A stretch of DNA of 24,935 bases. Origin: Actinomycetota bacterium. GTDB lineage: Bacteria > Margulisbacteria > Marinamargulisbacteria > SXXA01. The position numbers and the translations under genes were made by a program. The notes under the pieces were generated by a model. That model was given only the letters and a program-made list of their open reading frames with translations. It did not search any database and was not told the DNA's origin. Numbering within the stretch: the stretch's first letter is position 1; the number at the start of each line of letters is the position of its first letter. Location: contig SXXA01000012.1 in the NCBI GenBank assembly GCA_005791325.1, positions 1 to 24,935 on the forward strand. The letters are read 5' to 3'. Positions 1 through 9,000 of the stretch are shown in pieces.

Positions 1-304
1 AACCGACGCATGGCGGTATCCGTGGATGCATATTAAATGGATGCTCGTGTTGGCATTTGTCGGGTATCACATTTGGGTAGAATCGCTAAGACGCTCCCTT
101 GAACAAGGTCAATCACCCTACCCCTCTTCCCTATTGCGATTATTAAATGAATGGCCATTTGTACTCATGCTGGGTATTTTGATTGCGGTTTATACCCGAA
201 ATCCTGGTTGGGCGGGTGGGGTCGCGGGGGTGGCCAGCTTATTATTGGCCTTAGCTGGGATTCGGATTCAGCGAGTTCATCGTCGAAGCATGCGGGGCAA
301 ATGA
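1..304 (+). CDS. hemJ: Protoporphyrinogen IX oxidase HemJ (CopD family), 3' part; the gene starts before the window
   Basis: The frame is open from position 2 (TDAWRYPWMHIKWMLVLAFVGYH...LLRLLNEWPFVLMLGILIAV). This matches the HemJ C-terminal motifs W-x-H-x-K...YH and R-x-x-NE-x-P. The TGA at 302-304 overlaps the thiE ATG. Confidence 0.8.
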   Translation, partial: TDAWRYPWMHIKWMLVLAFVGYHIWVESLRRSLEQGQSPYPSSLLRLLNEWPFVLMLGILIAVYTRNPGWAGGVAGVASLLLALAGIRIQRVHRRSMRGK

Positions 305-1299
305 TGCCCCCCAATTGGGCCATTATCGATGCCAATATCAATCGTGCCACAGAGGGATTGCGGGTTTTAGAGGATTATTGCCGATTCCACCGCCATGATG
401 AGACCCTAACCCATATGTTGGCCCACTTTCGGCATCAACTGAATGAATCCAATCCTGATTGGGCCAATCAGTTACAAAGTCGCCATACCCCGTCCGATGT
501 GCGAGCCATGGAACCCCCACGAACCCGAGAATCGGTAGTTGGATTGTTGCGAGCCAATTGTTCGAGGGTTCAAGAAGCCATGCGGGTATTGGAAGAATGG
601 ACCGGCCGTGCATTGTATTGTGACATTCGATATCGGATGTATGATGTGGAACAGCAATTGGTTTTGTCGGCCTTAAAACCACCCATCAACACGGGCATCA
701 TGGTGATTAGTGACCAACCCAAAATACTGGCCCAAGCGCAAGAACAGGGTGCCATCATGGTACAACTACGCGTTAAAAATACGCCCAAAGCGACGATTTA
801 CCCACTGGCACAACAGGCTCGCGACCTGATTCGGGACATCCCCTTGATAATCAATGATTACCTTGACTTGGCAGTGGCCATTCATGCCGATGGCTTGCAT
901 ACTGGGCAAGACGATTTACCACTGTCTGTACTACGTGATCAGTTGGGGAGCTATCGGCTATTGGGACGCACCACCCATACCCTAGACCAAGGCAAGATCG
1001 CCAAGGAATCAGGGGCGGATTATATTAGTGTGGGCCCCATTTGGGAGACCCCATCGAAACCGGGACGCGCCGGCATTGGCTTTGGCTATTTGGGGCAAGT
1101 CGCGACACTGGGGATTCCCTATGTGGCCATTGGGGGGATTGATTTAGATCGACTGCCTCAAATATTGGCTTATTCCCCTCCCATGGTTGGAATGATTCGA
1201 GATGTGGCTAATTTACCTAAAATGGCTGAACTCTTTTATGCGAGTCATGGGTCACAATCAGTGGGGGGAGATCATCGTGAGGGGGAGGGCCACTCATGA
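301..1299 (+). CDS. thiE: Thiamine-phosphate synthase, cyanobacterial type with N-terminal ThiD2-like domain
   Basis: N-terminal IIDANINRATEGLRVLEDYCRF motif. TMP-synthase motifs VQLRVK, LIINDYLDLA, ADGLHTGQDDLP, ADYISVGPIWETPSKP and VAIGGID. The start is placed at ATG 301 (ATGA overlap with hemJ), not 151 as in the ORF track. Confidence 0.92.
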   Translation: MMPPNWAIIDANINRATEGLRVLEDYCRFHRHDETLTHMLAHFRHQLNESNPDWANQLQSRHTPSDVRAMEPPRTRESVVGLLRANCSRVQEAMRVLEEWTGRALYCDIRYRMYDVEQQLVLSALKPPINTGIMVISDQPKILAQAQEQGAIMVQLRVKNTPKATIYPLAQQARDLIRDIPLIINDYLDLAVAIHADGLHTGQDDLPLSVLRDQLGSYRLLGRTTHTLDQGKIAKESGADYISVGPIWETPSKPGRAGIGFGYLGQVATLGIPYVAIGGIDLDRLPQILAYSPPMVGMIRDVANLPKMAELFYASHGSQSVGGDHREGEGHS

Positions 1300-2027
1300 C
1301 ACATCATCAGCCATCGGTGGATCGATTGTTTGAAGACCCCTCACGAACGGGACCATTTACCTTTGATGCCGATGTGGCAATGGTATTTGATAATATGATT
1401 GAACGAAGTGTGCCATGTTACCACCAGATTCAACATTTAATGCCCCATTTAATCCGATGCGCAGCCCCACATGCCAACCGCTTCTTGGACTTGGGATGTT
1501 CAACCGGATCCACTTTATGTCAATTGGCTTCCATATTCCCCACAATAACGGGCATTGGTTGGGACACCAGCCCAGAATTGGTGCAACGAGCCATCCAAAA
1601 AGCCCAGCATGAGGGAGTATCTACTCGGTTAACATTTGAGCAAGCCGATATGACCCAAATACCGTTACCCAACGCTGATGTCATCATTGCATGTCTGGCA
1701 CTACAGTTTATTCCGCCGGCTCAACGCTTGGCAGTATTGCACGCCATGCATCATGTGTTACCATCGAATGGGCTGGTCATTGTGGTGGAAAAAACCATTC
1801 CTTATCATGAAACCAATCAAGCGATTTTTGAATCGATTTACCATCAGGTAAAGGAAGAAAACGGGTATTCAAAAGTTGAGATTGCAACCAAGAAAAAGGC
1901 CTTGGACGGGGTGTTAATCCCGTTAACGGGGCAACAAAATGAAGCCTTATTTGAAACAGCCGGCTTTAAGAGTGAGCGTTTCTTAACATGGATGGTATTT
2001 TCTGGATGGCTACTCCACAAGCAATGA
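1296..2027 (+). CDS. cmoA: CmoA-like SAM-dependent protein (carboxy-SAM synthase family)
   Basis: FTFDADVAMVFDNMIERSVPCY matches the CmoA N-terminal motif; SAM motif I is LDLGCSTG; C-terminal ENGYSKVEIATKKKALDGVL. A GGAGG SD lies upstream and the start overlaps the thiE stop (ATGA). Confidence 0.8.
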   Translation: MTHHQPSVDRLFEDPSRTGPFTFDADVAMVFDNMIERSVPCYHQIQHLMPHLIRCAAPHANRFLDLGCSTGSTLCQLASIFPTITGIGWDTSPELVQRAIQKAQHEGVSTRLTFEQADMTQIPLPNADVIIACLALQFIPPAQRLAVLHAMHHVLPSNGLVIVVEKTIPYHETNQAIFESIYHQVKEENGYSKVEIATKKKALDGVLIPLTGQQNEALFETAGFKSERFLTWMVFSGWLLHKQ

Positions 2028-2653
2028 GGGTCTCCGTTTGGACCATCCCCCATGATCAGTTTGCATTGGATTACCCCTTTTGTTTATCCGTTGCAGAGAC
2101 CCGTCGCCAACGTGATATGCCCACCCATCGTGCCCACGAATTTGGGGTATCACGGCATTGTTTAAGGCGCCTGATTGGCCATCGATTGCGGCGTGACCCG
2201 TCATCCATTCGTATTGCAATGCCGGAAGGTGGCAAACCCTTTATCCCCCAAAACCCCATTCATTTTAGTCTTTCTCATCATCGTGGATTCACCGCCATTG
2301 CCATCGCCGCCCACCCAGTGGGTGTGGATATTATGCAAGTGCATCGTCAACCGCATATCACAACCATTGCCAAGCGGGTCTTTCACCCACAGGATGTGGA
2401 TCAATTAATGCGATTGGACGGACAAGCACAGTTGTCGATGTTCTTTAAGTTGTGGACGCGTCACGAAGCAGTCGTCAAGGCGATGGGTGTTGGGTTATTA
2501 TATCCAGTCAAGTTTCCACTATATCATCCGGTATCAATCGTAGACTGGTGTATTGGTGAGTTTCAATTTCCAAAAGAATGGATGGTTGCGGTGGCCAGTC
2601 AAACACGATCTTTGACGGTTATTCATGAAGATGACAACACGATTACCCTCTAA
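2024..2653 (+). CDS. Sfp-type 4'-phosphopantetheinyl transferase
   Basis: Motifs GKP, FSLSH, VGVDI and WTRHEAVVKAMG (W-x-x-x-EA-x-x-K-A-x-G). Start at ATG 2024 by ATGA overlap with cmoA. Confidence 0.88.
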   Translation: MRVSVWTIPHDQFALDYPFCLSVAETRRQRDMPTHRAHEFGVSRHCLRRLIGHRLRRDPSSIRIAMPEGGKPFIPQNPIHFSLSHHRGFTAIAIAAHPVGVDIMQVHRQPHITTIAKRVFHPQDVDQLMRLDGQAQLSMFFKLWTRHEAVVKAMGVGLLYPVKFPLYHPVSIVDWCIGEFQFPKEWMVAVASQTRSLTVIHEDDNTITL

Positions 2654-3155
2654 CATTATTATTATTGGTATGCCAGGATCAGGCAAAACCACCGTGGGTC
2701 GACACTTGTCGAAGTTAACAGGTAAAAAATGGATTGATACAGACAAATTATTGCAAGATCGATTGGGATGCCGAATTCAAACCTTTTTTGAAACCCATGG
2801 TGAAGCGGCCTTTCGAAAAGAAGAGCAATCTGTTTTATTGTATTTATTGACCCTTTCTAATTATGTCATTTCAACGGGTGGCGGGATTGTTTGTCAGCCG
2901 GTAAATTGCTCCTTATTACGCTCCATCGGCAAGGTGGTGTTTATTGATGTACCACTCGACTCGTTATGGGGCCGATTGCAAGGGGATAACAAGCGCCCCC
3001 TATTGCAAACAGAGGACCCACTTGGCACACTAACGCATTTGTATCAAAGCCGTTATGCCCTGTATCAGCATTGTGCCCATACGGTGATTCCGATTACCCA
3101 ACCCTCATCCAATAAAGTGGCCCAAACCATTTTACATCATTTATGCGACTCCTAA
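2625..3155 (+). CDS. aroK: Shikimate kinase
   Basis: IIIIGMPGSGKTTVGR P-loop, IDTD, GEAAFRKEE, VISTGGGIV and RPLL. The start could also be ATG 2631. Confidence 0.95.
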   Translation: MKMTTRLPSNIIIIGMPGSGKTTVGRHLSKLTGKKWIDTDKLLQDRLGCRIQTFFETHGEAAFRKEEQSVLLYLLTLSNYVISTGGGIVCQPVNCSLLRSIGKVVFIDVPLDSLWGRLQGDNKRPLLQTEDPLGTLTHLYQSRYALYQHCAHTVIPITQPSSNKVAQTILHHLCDS

Positions 3156-4546
3156 TTGGTGCATTGATAACGGTCATAATCGGGGCGGTGCCGATCACAG
3201 GAACCCCTACCCGTGGGGAAGGCCCTCCCGAAGTGGTATCTGGACATTATATTATTTATACCAAGCCCCCCGGCCGATTGGTATTACAAAGCGAGTCAGC
3301 TCAACAGTTGGCGAAACGTCGGGGAGCGAATGTTCAGTTGATCCCCCCATCCTATAAAAAAGGGGTGGCCTCGGTTCGAGAGGGGGCGTTTGTGGTGATG
3401 ATGAGCGACACCCAACCAACCGTGTCGATTTTGGCTGACTTGGCCAAGCATCCAGAGGTTTATTTAATTGAGCCGGTGTATGTGGCCACCCTATTTACAA
3501 CGGGGCCCAACGACCCTTTTTTTGATCAACAAACTTATTTAAATCAAACTGAACTGATCCAATTTTGGGGGATGAAGCAATCCCATGATGTGGTTGTGGC
3601 GGTGGTCGATACTGGGGTGAACCTGACCCATCCTGACTTGGCCAATCGGGTTGTCTTTCGTCACCTAGATCAACCCAATGGATATGATGATGATCAAAAT
3701 GGAATCATTGACGACACCCGTGGCGCAGCCTTTACAACCTCTCGCCCCGACCGACAGCCAATCGACGAACATGGGCACGGGACGCATATCAGTGGCATTA
3801 TTGCGGCAGAGATTAACAATGCGATGGGGGTCGCTGGTATTAGTCGACGGGCCATGATTTTACCCATTCGTGTTACCAATGCCATGGGCCAATTGAACCA
3901 AGTTGATGCGGCGATGGGTATTTTATATGCGGTCGAACAAGGGGCCAACATTATTTTATGTGCATGGGGTTACACCATGGCAAATCAGGTCTTAAAAGAT
4001 GCGATTGCGCTGGCCCAATCACAGGGGGTGCTGGTTATTGCCGCAATGGGAAATAGTGGGACTGATGTACCGGAGTATCCGGCTGCTTTACCGGGGGTAG
4101 TGGCGGTGGGGGCGATTGGGGCCAATCGTGTGCCCCTCCATTTTTCGTCAACTGGCTCCCACATTTCATTTGTGGGGTATGGCGCGGGCATGGTTGGATT
4201 GGGGTTAGGGGACACAGTGCAAACATTAAGTGGCACCAGCCAAGCGGCCGCTGTGGTAACAGGAATTGCCGCCACATTATGGGGTTACAACCCTAATTTG
4301 AGTGCATCGGATTTAAAAACGATTATGATTTTTTCTGCAGAAACGTTATTGGATCAGCGAAATCCAGTCACCGGTTATGGCTTATTGTCACCGGAAAAAG
4401 CCTTTCGTCATTTAAACACATCCCCCCTACCACCCGTATTTATGCCAACGGTACCTGTGTCATCAGATTCGGCCACGCCGTGGTGGATATCGGTATTGTT
4501 GTTTCCGGTTACGGTAGTAAGCGGGTTGTTAGGTTGGTTGTTTTAG
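3143..4546 (+). CDS. Secreted S8 family (subtilisin-like) serine peptidase with C-terminal hydrophobic anchor
   Basis: Hydrophobic N-terminus; catalytic triad motifs VAVVDTG, HGHGTHISG and SGTSQA; oxyanion region AAMGN; NGYDDDQNGIIDD loop; Pro-rich linker followed by a hydrophobic C-terminus. Confidence 0.92.
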   Translation: MRLLIGALITVIIGAVPITGTPTRGEGPPEVVSGHYIIYTKPPGRLVLQSESAQQLAKRRGANVQLIPPSYKKGVASVREGAFVVMMSDTQPTVSILADLAKHPEVYLIEPVYVATLFTTGPNDPFFDQQTYLNQTELIQFWGMKQSHDVVVAVVDTGVNLTHPDLANRVVFRHLDQPNGYDDDQNGIIDDTRGAAFTTSRPDRQPIDEHGHGTHISGIIAAEINNAMGVAGISRRAMILPIRVTNAMGQLNQVDAAMGILYAVEQGANIILCAWGYTMANQVLKDAIALAQSQGVLVIAAMGNSGTDVPEYPAALPGVVAVGAIGANRVPLHFSSTGSHISFVGYGAGMVGLGLGDTVQTLSGTSQAAAVVTGIAATLWGYNPNLSASDLKTIMIFSAETLLDQRNPVTGYGLLSPEKAFRHLNTSPLPPVFMPTVPVSSDSATPWWISVLLFPVTVVSGLLGWLF

Positions 4547-4582
4547 CTGCTTGAAAGTAGTGGGTAAATTGTGGCCACATGA

Positions 4583-4617
4583 TTACCCCCCCACCCCACC
4601 CAAAGGGGAGGGAGTAA
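4583..4617. terminator. Imperfect GC-rich hairpin between convergent genes, possible terminator
   Basis: TTACCCCCCCACCCCACCCAAAGGGGAGGGAGTAA can pair TTAC/GTAA and C-runs with G-runs. It lies between the S8 peptidase (+) and aminotransferase (-) stop codons. Confidence 0.35.
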
Positions 4618-4651
4618 AAGAATGATTCTGGGGGCCGCAGGTTCCCAAAAG

Positions 4652-5943
4652 CTAAGTCTTAACCCGATCCTGTACTGCCTTCATAGCCACTTGCAATCGA
4701 TGCGCCAACTCTCGCAATTCATCCAGCGTGGCCACCACCGGCGGCGCCACAAACACATGCGACCATCGGGTTAACGGATACACCCCCGCTTCAAATAAGG
4801 CATTCTTGATGTGCCCGTCCCATTCGTTGGCCCCATTCCTCGGAATGAGGGGATATTTCGTCTTTGGATCGACCACATCAAACGCCCCCAAAAAGCCACG
4901 GGTTCGAATATTAGTGACCACCTCAATCCCCCCAACGCACGTTGCAATTCCAACCCCCACCACCCCTCTAATTCCTTCGCCCGATGAATAACCGGCGATA
5001 ACCCCCGAATCGATGCCACCGCAGCCGCACACCCCAGTGGATGGGCCGAATACGTCATGCCCACCAGTAATGGCTCCCGCTGATACCGTGGTAATACCAA
5101 TGACTCCCTCATTAAAACCGCCCCCATCGGAACCGCCCCATTCGTTAAACCTTTGGCCACCACCACCATATCCGGTACCACCCCGTATCGCGACACCGCA
5201 AACCAATCCCCACACCGCCCAAATCCACTCATAACCTCATCCGCTATTAAACAAATGCCATACCGATCTGCCAACGCCCTCACCGCCACCCAATAACCAT
5301 CTGGATACTGAATACACCCCGACGTTCCCGACTCCCCCTCTAGCAAAATAGCCGCAATGCGGTTCGCCCCCACGTCTTCTATCACCCCCTCTAAGTGGGT
5401 TAAACACTCCCGCTGACAACTGGCTGGCTCTTGGCCCCACATACAACTGGCACAATTGGCGGTTTCAATGGACGCAAATCCGGGTGCCTCTAAACCCATC
5501 AATCCTACCTTTCGGGCATCCCCTGATGCGGTTAGGGCCGCCCATGTTGCCCCATGATAGGATTGATTTTTGGTTAATACAATCGAACGACCCGTGGCCA
5601 TTCGGGCTACTTTAATGGCATTTTCAATCGCATCCGCTCCCCCCGTGGTTAGCAAAATTGGACCAAACCCAGAAGGCAATAACGGGGTCATGGCCTCAAT
5701 GAATACATCTCGCCATGGGCTATCTACACCCGGAACCAAATGACCCGCTGTTTCCACCGCATCTTGTAACATCCCCACCACCATGGGATGGGCATGCCCC
5801 AAGTTGGCAACCATTAACTGTGATGCTGAATCCCACAAAGGCGGGCCACCATCGGGGGTTACCCACACGCCCTTTGCGTGTGTAATCCGAAAGGATGGGG
5901 TCAATTGGGTTCGCCATGGGGTCACTAAAAACGGTGATGCCAT
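4652..5943 (-). pseudogene. Class III PLP-dependent aminotransferase interrupted by a 1-nt frameshift in a G6 run (pseudogene, slippage or assembly error)
   Basis: ORF 4771..5943 carries NLGHAHP, GGADAIENAIK, SYHG, IADEVMSGFGR and the PLP lysine in VAKGLTNG. The class III C-terminus (NIRTRGFLGAFDVV...VAPPVV) is in the frame of ORF 4652..5215. One extra G in the run at 4928-4933 joins them into a 430-aa protein. Confidence 0.85.
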
Positions 5944-6759
5944 CTAAAATAGCTCCGATGATGTCACAACCGGCGCCCCACCCCATCGAATGGATACCAC
6001 ATGCTGATGCGGTAAATCCGTTGCTTTTTGTACCGCATAGTCAACCATCACCGGCCCCCATAACACCCCCATGCCTGCCGTCCACGCGCTGGCATTCACG
6101 CCCCCCCGTATCCACCAATCACTGGCCAATTGCCATTCTAGTCCCGTTGATATCTTCCATGTGTGTTCAGGTGTTGACTCGCCATCCAATACCCAGACCC
6201 ATTCTTGGTTGTCTGCCACCCAAGCCACCCCCACCTGTCCCGTACTGGGGCCTACGGGTTGGGACTGAATCCATTTGCTAATGACCGCCCCCCATTGAAA
6301 GTGGGTCGATACATGCGCCACCACACCAAAATCTGTGGACCACCCACCATTGTGCCATTGCTGAGCACGAATCCCCCAATCCAACCATCGTGACCCCCTC
6401 CGACCATACGCCCATATCACGGATTGATAGGGAAGGGCACCCACCGATGAATTGGCATAACCCAAACTTCCCAACCGCACCACTGTTCGATTCCCTCCCT
6501 CAAAATCGGGGGTTAACGAATGGGTGGCCCATTCTGTGGTGGTAACCGGATGAGCCAATCCAGCCGGATTATTGACCACTGCACCTATGGCATCCGGATG
6601 GGCCACCCCTGCGCCCCCCATTCCCACCGACCGAATGGACCGCAACAAAACCCCCATTGACGCAACCAGCCCCTGTGACAGTACCAGGAGTCCCAACATC
6701 AGCAAAATGGAGACCCATTTGCACTTATACTTCAGGGTAAACATACGATATGGCTGCAC
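5944..6759 (-). CDS. Putative outer-membrane beta-barrel protein (PorV/FadL-like N-terminal motif)
   Basis: Signal-like hydrophobic segment, then RSVGMGGAGVA...AVVNNPAGLA, alternating beta-strand patterns rich in W/G, and a terminal Phe. The start is uncertain (6759 or 6744). Confidence 0.6.
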   Translation of the reverse strand: MQPYRMFTLKYKCKWVSILLMLGLLVLSQGLVASMGVLLRSIRSVGMGGAGVAHPDAIGAVVNNPAGLAHPVTTTEWATHSLTPDFEGGNRTVVRLGSLGYANSSVGALPYQSVIWAYGRRGSRWLDWGIRAQQWHNGGWSTDFGVVAHVSTHFQWGAVISKWIQSQPVGPSTGQVGVAWVADNQEWVWVLDGESTPEHTWKISTGLEWQLASDWWIRGGVNASAWTAGMGVLWGPVMVDYAVQKATDLPHQHVVSIRWGGAPVVTSSELF

Positions 6760-7390
6760 TGGTTTGCATCCACTTACCTTGTTGTAGCCAACCCAAAAAA
6801 TGGGTCAGTCGCATCACCCCATCGCACCGTTCATCGGATGGGGCCACTAGCTCCGAATGCCGATTGGCCGCCTCCATTTCCCATACCACCCTTGTTGTGG
6901 GGGTAAGGGTTTGTCGTCGTTTGACCCAATTGGTTGGGGACATGGGGATTGGATCAATGAGTCGTTCAACCCGATTGGAATAAATCCGCAATACCCCCAC
7001 CACCACCTCATCACGTCGCCCCTGACTTAGGACCCATACAACCCCTGGGCCTTGCCCAACGCCCATGGCAACATCTGTGGGTACCCACTGAATCTCGATG
7101 CCATGAACCAATTGAATCCCCATTACTGCGGTTGCACTCATTCGAATAGGGGTTAATGCCCCCGGACCTGCCACCATCATTACCCCTGTTAAGTGCTCAA
7201 TGGATTGACCAACCCGTGCCAATGTTGCTTGCCATTGGGCCACCAGAGACGCCGATGAATCAGTTTCATCCCGAGATGGAATGGCATCCCATCGTTGTTG
7301 GGGGATACGATCCACCAGCGCGTGTTGGGGGGTATACACCCCAACCGCCATGTCATGACGATTGGTAGGATCAATTAATAAGATTGTCAT
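6725..7390 (-). CDS. tsaB: tRNA threonylcarbamoyladenosine biosynthesis protein TsaB (divergent)
   Basis: MTILLIDPT start and VAGPGALTPIRM (cf. GPGSFTGLRI). The start at ATG 7390 overlaps the upstream TGA (ATGA). Confidence 0.75.
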   Translation of the reverse strand: MTILLIDPTNRHDMAVGVYTPQHALVDRIPQQRWDAIPSRDETDSSASLVAQWQATLARVGQSIEHLTGVMMVAGPGALTPIRMSATAVMGIQLVHGIEIQWVPTDVAMGVGQGPGVVWVLSQGRRDEVVVGVLRIYSNRVERLIDPIPMSPTNWVKRRQTLTPTTRVVWEMEAANRHSELVAPSDERCDGVMRLTHFLGWLQQGKWMQTSAAISYVYPEV

Positions 7391-8274
7391 TGCCCCATTG
7401 CCCATTGTAGGGCCTGTAAACCAGCCACCCCATCCACATAAGGGGTTTTTCGATCCCGAATACACTCCATAAAATGCGTGAGTTGGGCCGTTAGTGGCGG
7501 TATGATGTCTTTGGATAATAGGTGGGGCGTCCCCACATGAGGCGTAAATTGTAACTGTTGGGTCTGATAATCCAATTCGACCAGCCCTTGCGTGGTAATC
7601 ATTTGCAAACGTCGTGCACGAATGGGGCTATTCCAACTCACGGTAATGGTACACAATGCATGGGGGAATTGAAGGCTGATGATACCCGAATCCACATGCC
7701 CATCCTGACTCGCCTGGGTCATGGTATGTCGGGAAATAGGATCTGTTTGCATAATGGCACGTACCACTTCAATATCGTGTACCGCTAAATCAATCATGAC
7801 AGAGGCATCGGTAATTTGGGGGGGACGGGGACTCATGCGATGGGTTTGAATCAATAAGGCTTCCCCCCATTCATTGGCATGGTAGGTCTGTAACAGGGTC
7901 AATACCGCCTGATTAAATCGCTCAATATGGCCCACTTGTAAAATGCGTTGCCTCTGTGATGCCAGTTGAATTAAATGAGTGGCTTGCTCTAGGGTGCTCG
8001 CAATGGGTTTTTCAATGAATACATCCAACCCCTGTTCAAGGGCTTGAACCCCCAATTCATGGTGCAGAGACGTCGGAGCCGTGATACACACCGCATCGGG
8101 GATGATCTGGGAAAAGAGGGCTGAAAGGGATGGCCACACAGGGATCGATTCTGGCACAAGCGAACGAGGGGATGGGTCTACCACCCCAACCAATTGCACC
8201 CCATCCAATTGCAGAAGGGTATTGATGTGATGACGTCCCATATTACCCGCACCAACCACTGCGATTTTAATCAT
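7387..8274 (-). CDS. Gfo/Idh/MocA family NAD(P)-dependent oxidoreductase
   Basis: IAVVGAGNMGRHH Rossmann motif, VFIEKPIA, LQVGHIERFN and IDLAVHDIE; GGAGG SD upstream. Confidence 0.92.
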   Translation of the reverse strand: MIKIAVVGAGNMGRHHINTLLQLDGVQLVGVVDPSPRSLVPESIPVWPSLSALFSQIIPDAVCITAPTSLHHELGVQALEQGLDVFIEKPIASTLEQATHLIQLASQRQRILQVGHIERFNQAVLTLLQTYHANEWGEALLIQTHRMSPRPPQITDASVMIDLAVHDIEVVRAIMQTDPISRHTMTQASQDGHVDSGIISLQFPHALCTITVSWNSPIRARRLQMITTQGLVELDYQTQQLQFTPHVGTPHLLSKDIIPPLTAQLTHFMECIRDRKTPYVDGVAGLQALQWAMGQ

Positions 8275-8354
8275 AAATACCCTCCATAATACATACCCCC
8301 CTTTCAGCTATCTGCCTGAGAACAGGCGTTGGGGGACCAATTACAGCCCCCCCC

Positions 8355-8951
8355 CTAAGGATACCGTCGGTTACCATGCCATTTTCCATTCACCTGCTGG
8401 TACACAAATCGATCGTGCAAACGATAGTCACCTTCCTGCCAAAATTCAACTTGAATGGGCAGCAATCGAAACCCACCCCAATGAGGCGGTCGGGGAACCT
8501 CTCCCTGAAATGATTGGTCCCATTCGTCCACCGCTTTCATTAACGTCTCCCGATTGTCCAAAACCTGACTTTGTTGACTAGCCCATGCCCCCAGCTGACT
8601 GATGCGGGGGCGGCTGGCAAAGTACTCATCCGATTCGGCCATGGTAACCACCTCGATATCACCCGTTACCCGAATTTGGCGACCCAATACTTCCCAATAA
8701 AAAGTTAAGCCTGCTTTGGGATGATGCTGAAGGGATTGGGCTTTATGGGACCGGTGATTGGTGAAAAAAACCAAGCCAGTGGGGGTCACCGAGCGCACCA
8801 ACACCAACCGACCCTCGGGATACCCAGTGGGTGATAGGGTAGACAAACAAGCGGCATCAGGATAGTGAATAGCAGGATGTTGAGTGGCGTCTTGGATCCA
8901 TGCTTGAATCCCTGCCATCACATCCCAATTGATTGGTAACTCTAAACCCAT
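8355..8951 (-). CDS. pdxH: Pyridoxamine/pyridoxine 5'-phosphate oxidase
   Basis: RLVLVR, FFTNHRSHKA, FYWEVLGRQIRVTG, YFASRP, SQLGAWASQQS, RPPHWGGF and EFWQ...RLHDRF; AGGAGG SD. Confidence 0.96.
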   Translation of the reverse strand: MGLELPINWDVMAGIQAWIQDATQHPAIHYPDAACLSTLSPTGYPEGRLVLVRSVTPTGLVFFTNHRSHKAQSLQHHPKAGLTFYWEVLGRQIRVTGDIEVVTMAESDEYFASRPRISQLGAWASQQSQVLDNRETLMKAVDEWDQSFQGEVPRPPHWGGFRLLPIQVEFWQEGDYRLHDRFVYQQVNGKWHGNRRYP

Positions 8952-8991
8952 CCAAGCCTCCTATTGATTCCCCATTTCTAAACATCGCCAT

Positions 8992-9000
8992 ACTATACCA
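8992..9000 (-). promoter_or_regulatory. Candidate extended -10 promoter for the pdxH operon
   Basis: TGgTATAGT on the minus strand about 40 nt upstream of the pdxH ATG; no clear -35. Confidence 0.4.

Noticed and set aside
151-300. Long N-terminal extension of ThiE given in the ORF track (start 151)
   Set aside because: It overlaps hemJ in another frame. Homology begins at MMPPNWAIIDAN, and ATG 301 gives a clean ATGA coupling.
1-300. TPP riboswitch ahead of thiE
   Set aside because: The region is hemJ coding sequence and contains no TPP aptamer core (CUGAGA...AUACCUG...GCGUAGG).
2024-2653. PPTase as a marker of an NRPS/PKS cluster
   Set aside because: No carrier protein, adenylation or ketosynthase domains are present in the window.
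4934-5215. Gly-rich N-terminal half of ORF 4652..5215 as an independent protein
   Set aside because: It is an alternative frame of the aminotransferase; only the part downstream of the G6 run is protein-like.
4652-8274. Gfo/Idh/MocA dehydrogenase plus aminotransferase as an amino-sugar pathway
   Set aside because: Such pathways normally use DegT/DnrJ-type aminotransferases. This one is class III and is separated from the dehydrogenase by tsaB and an OMP.
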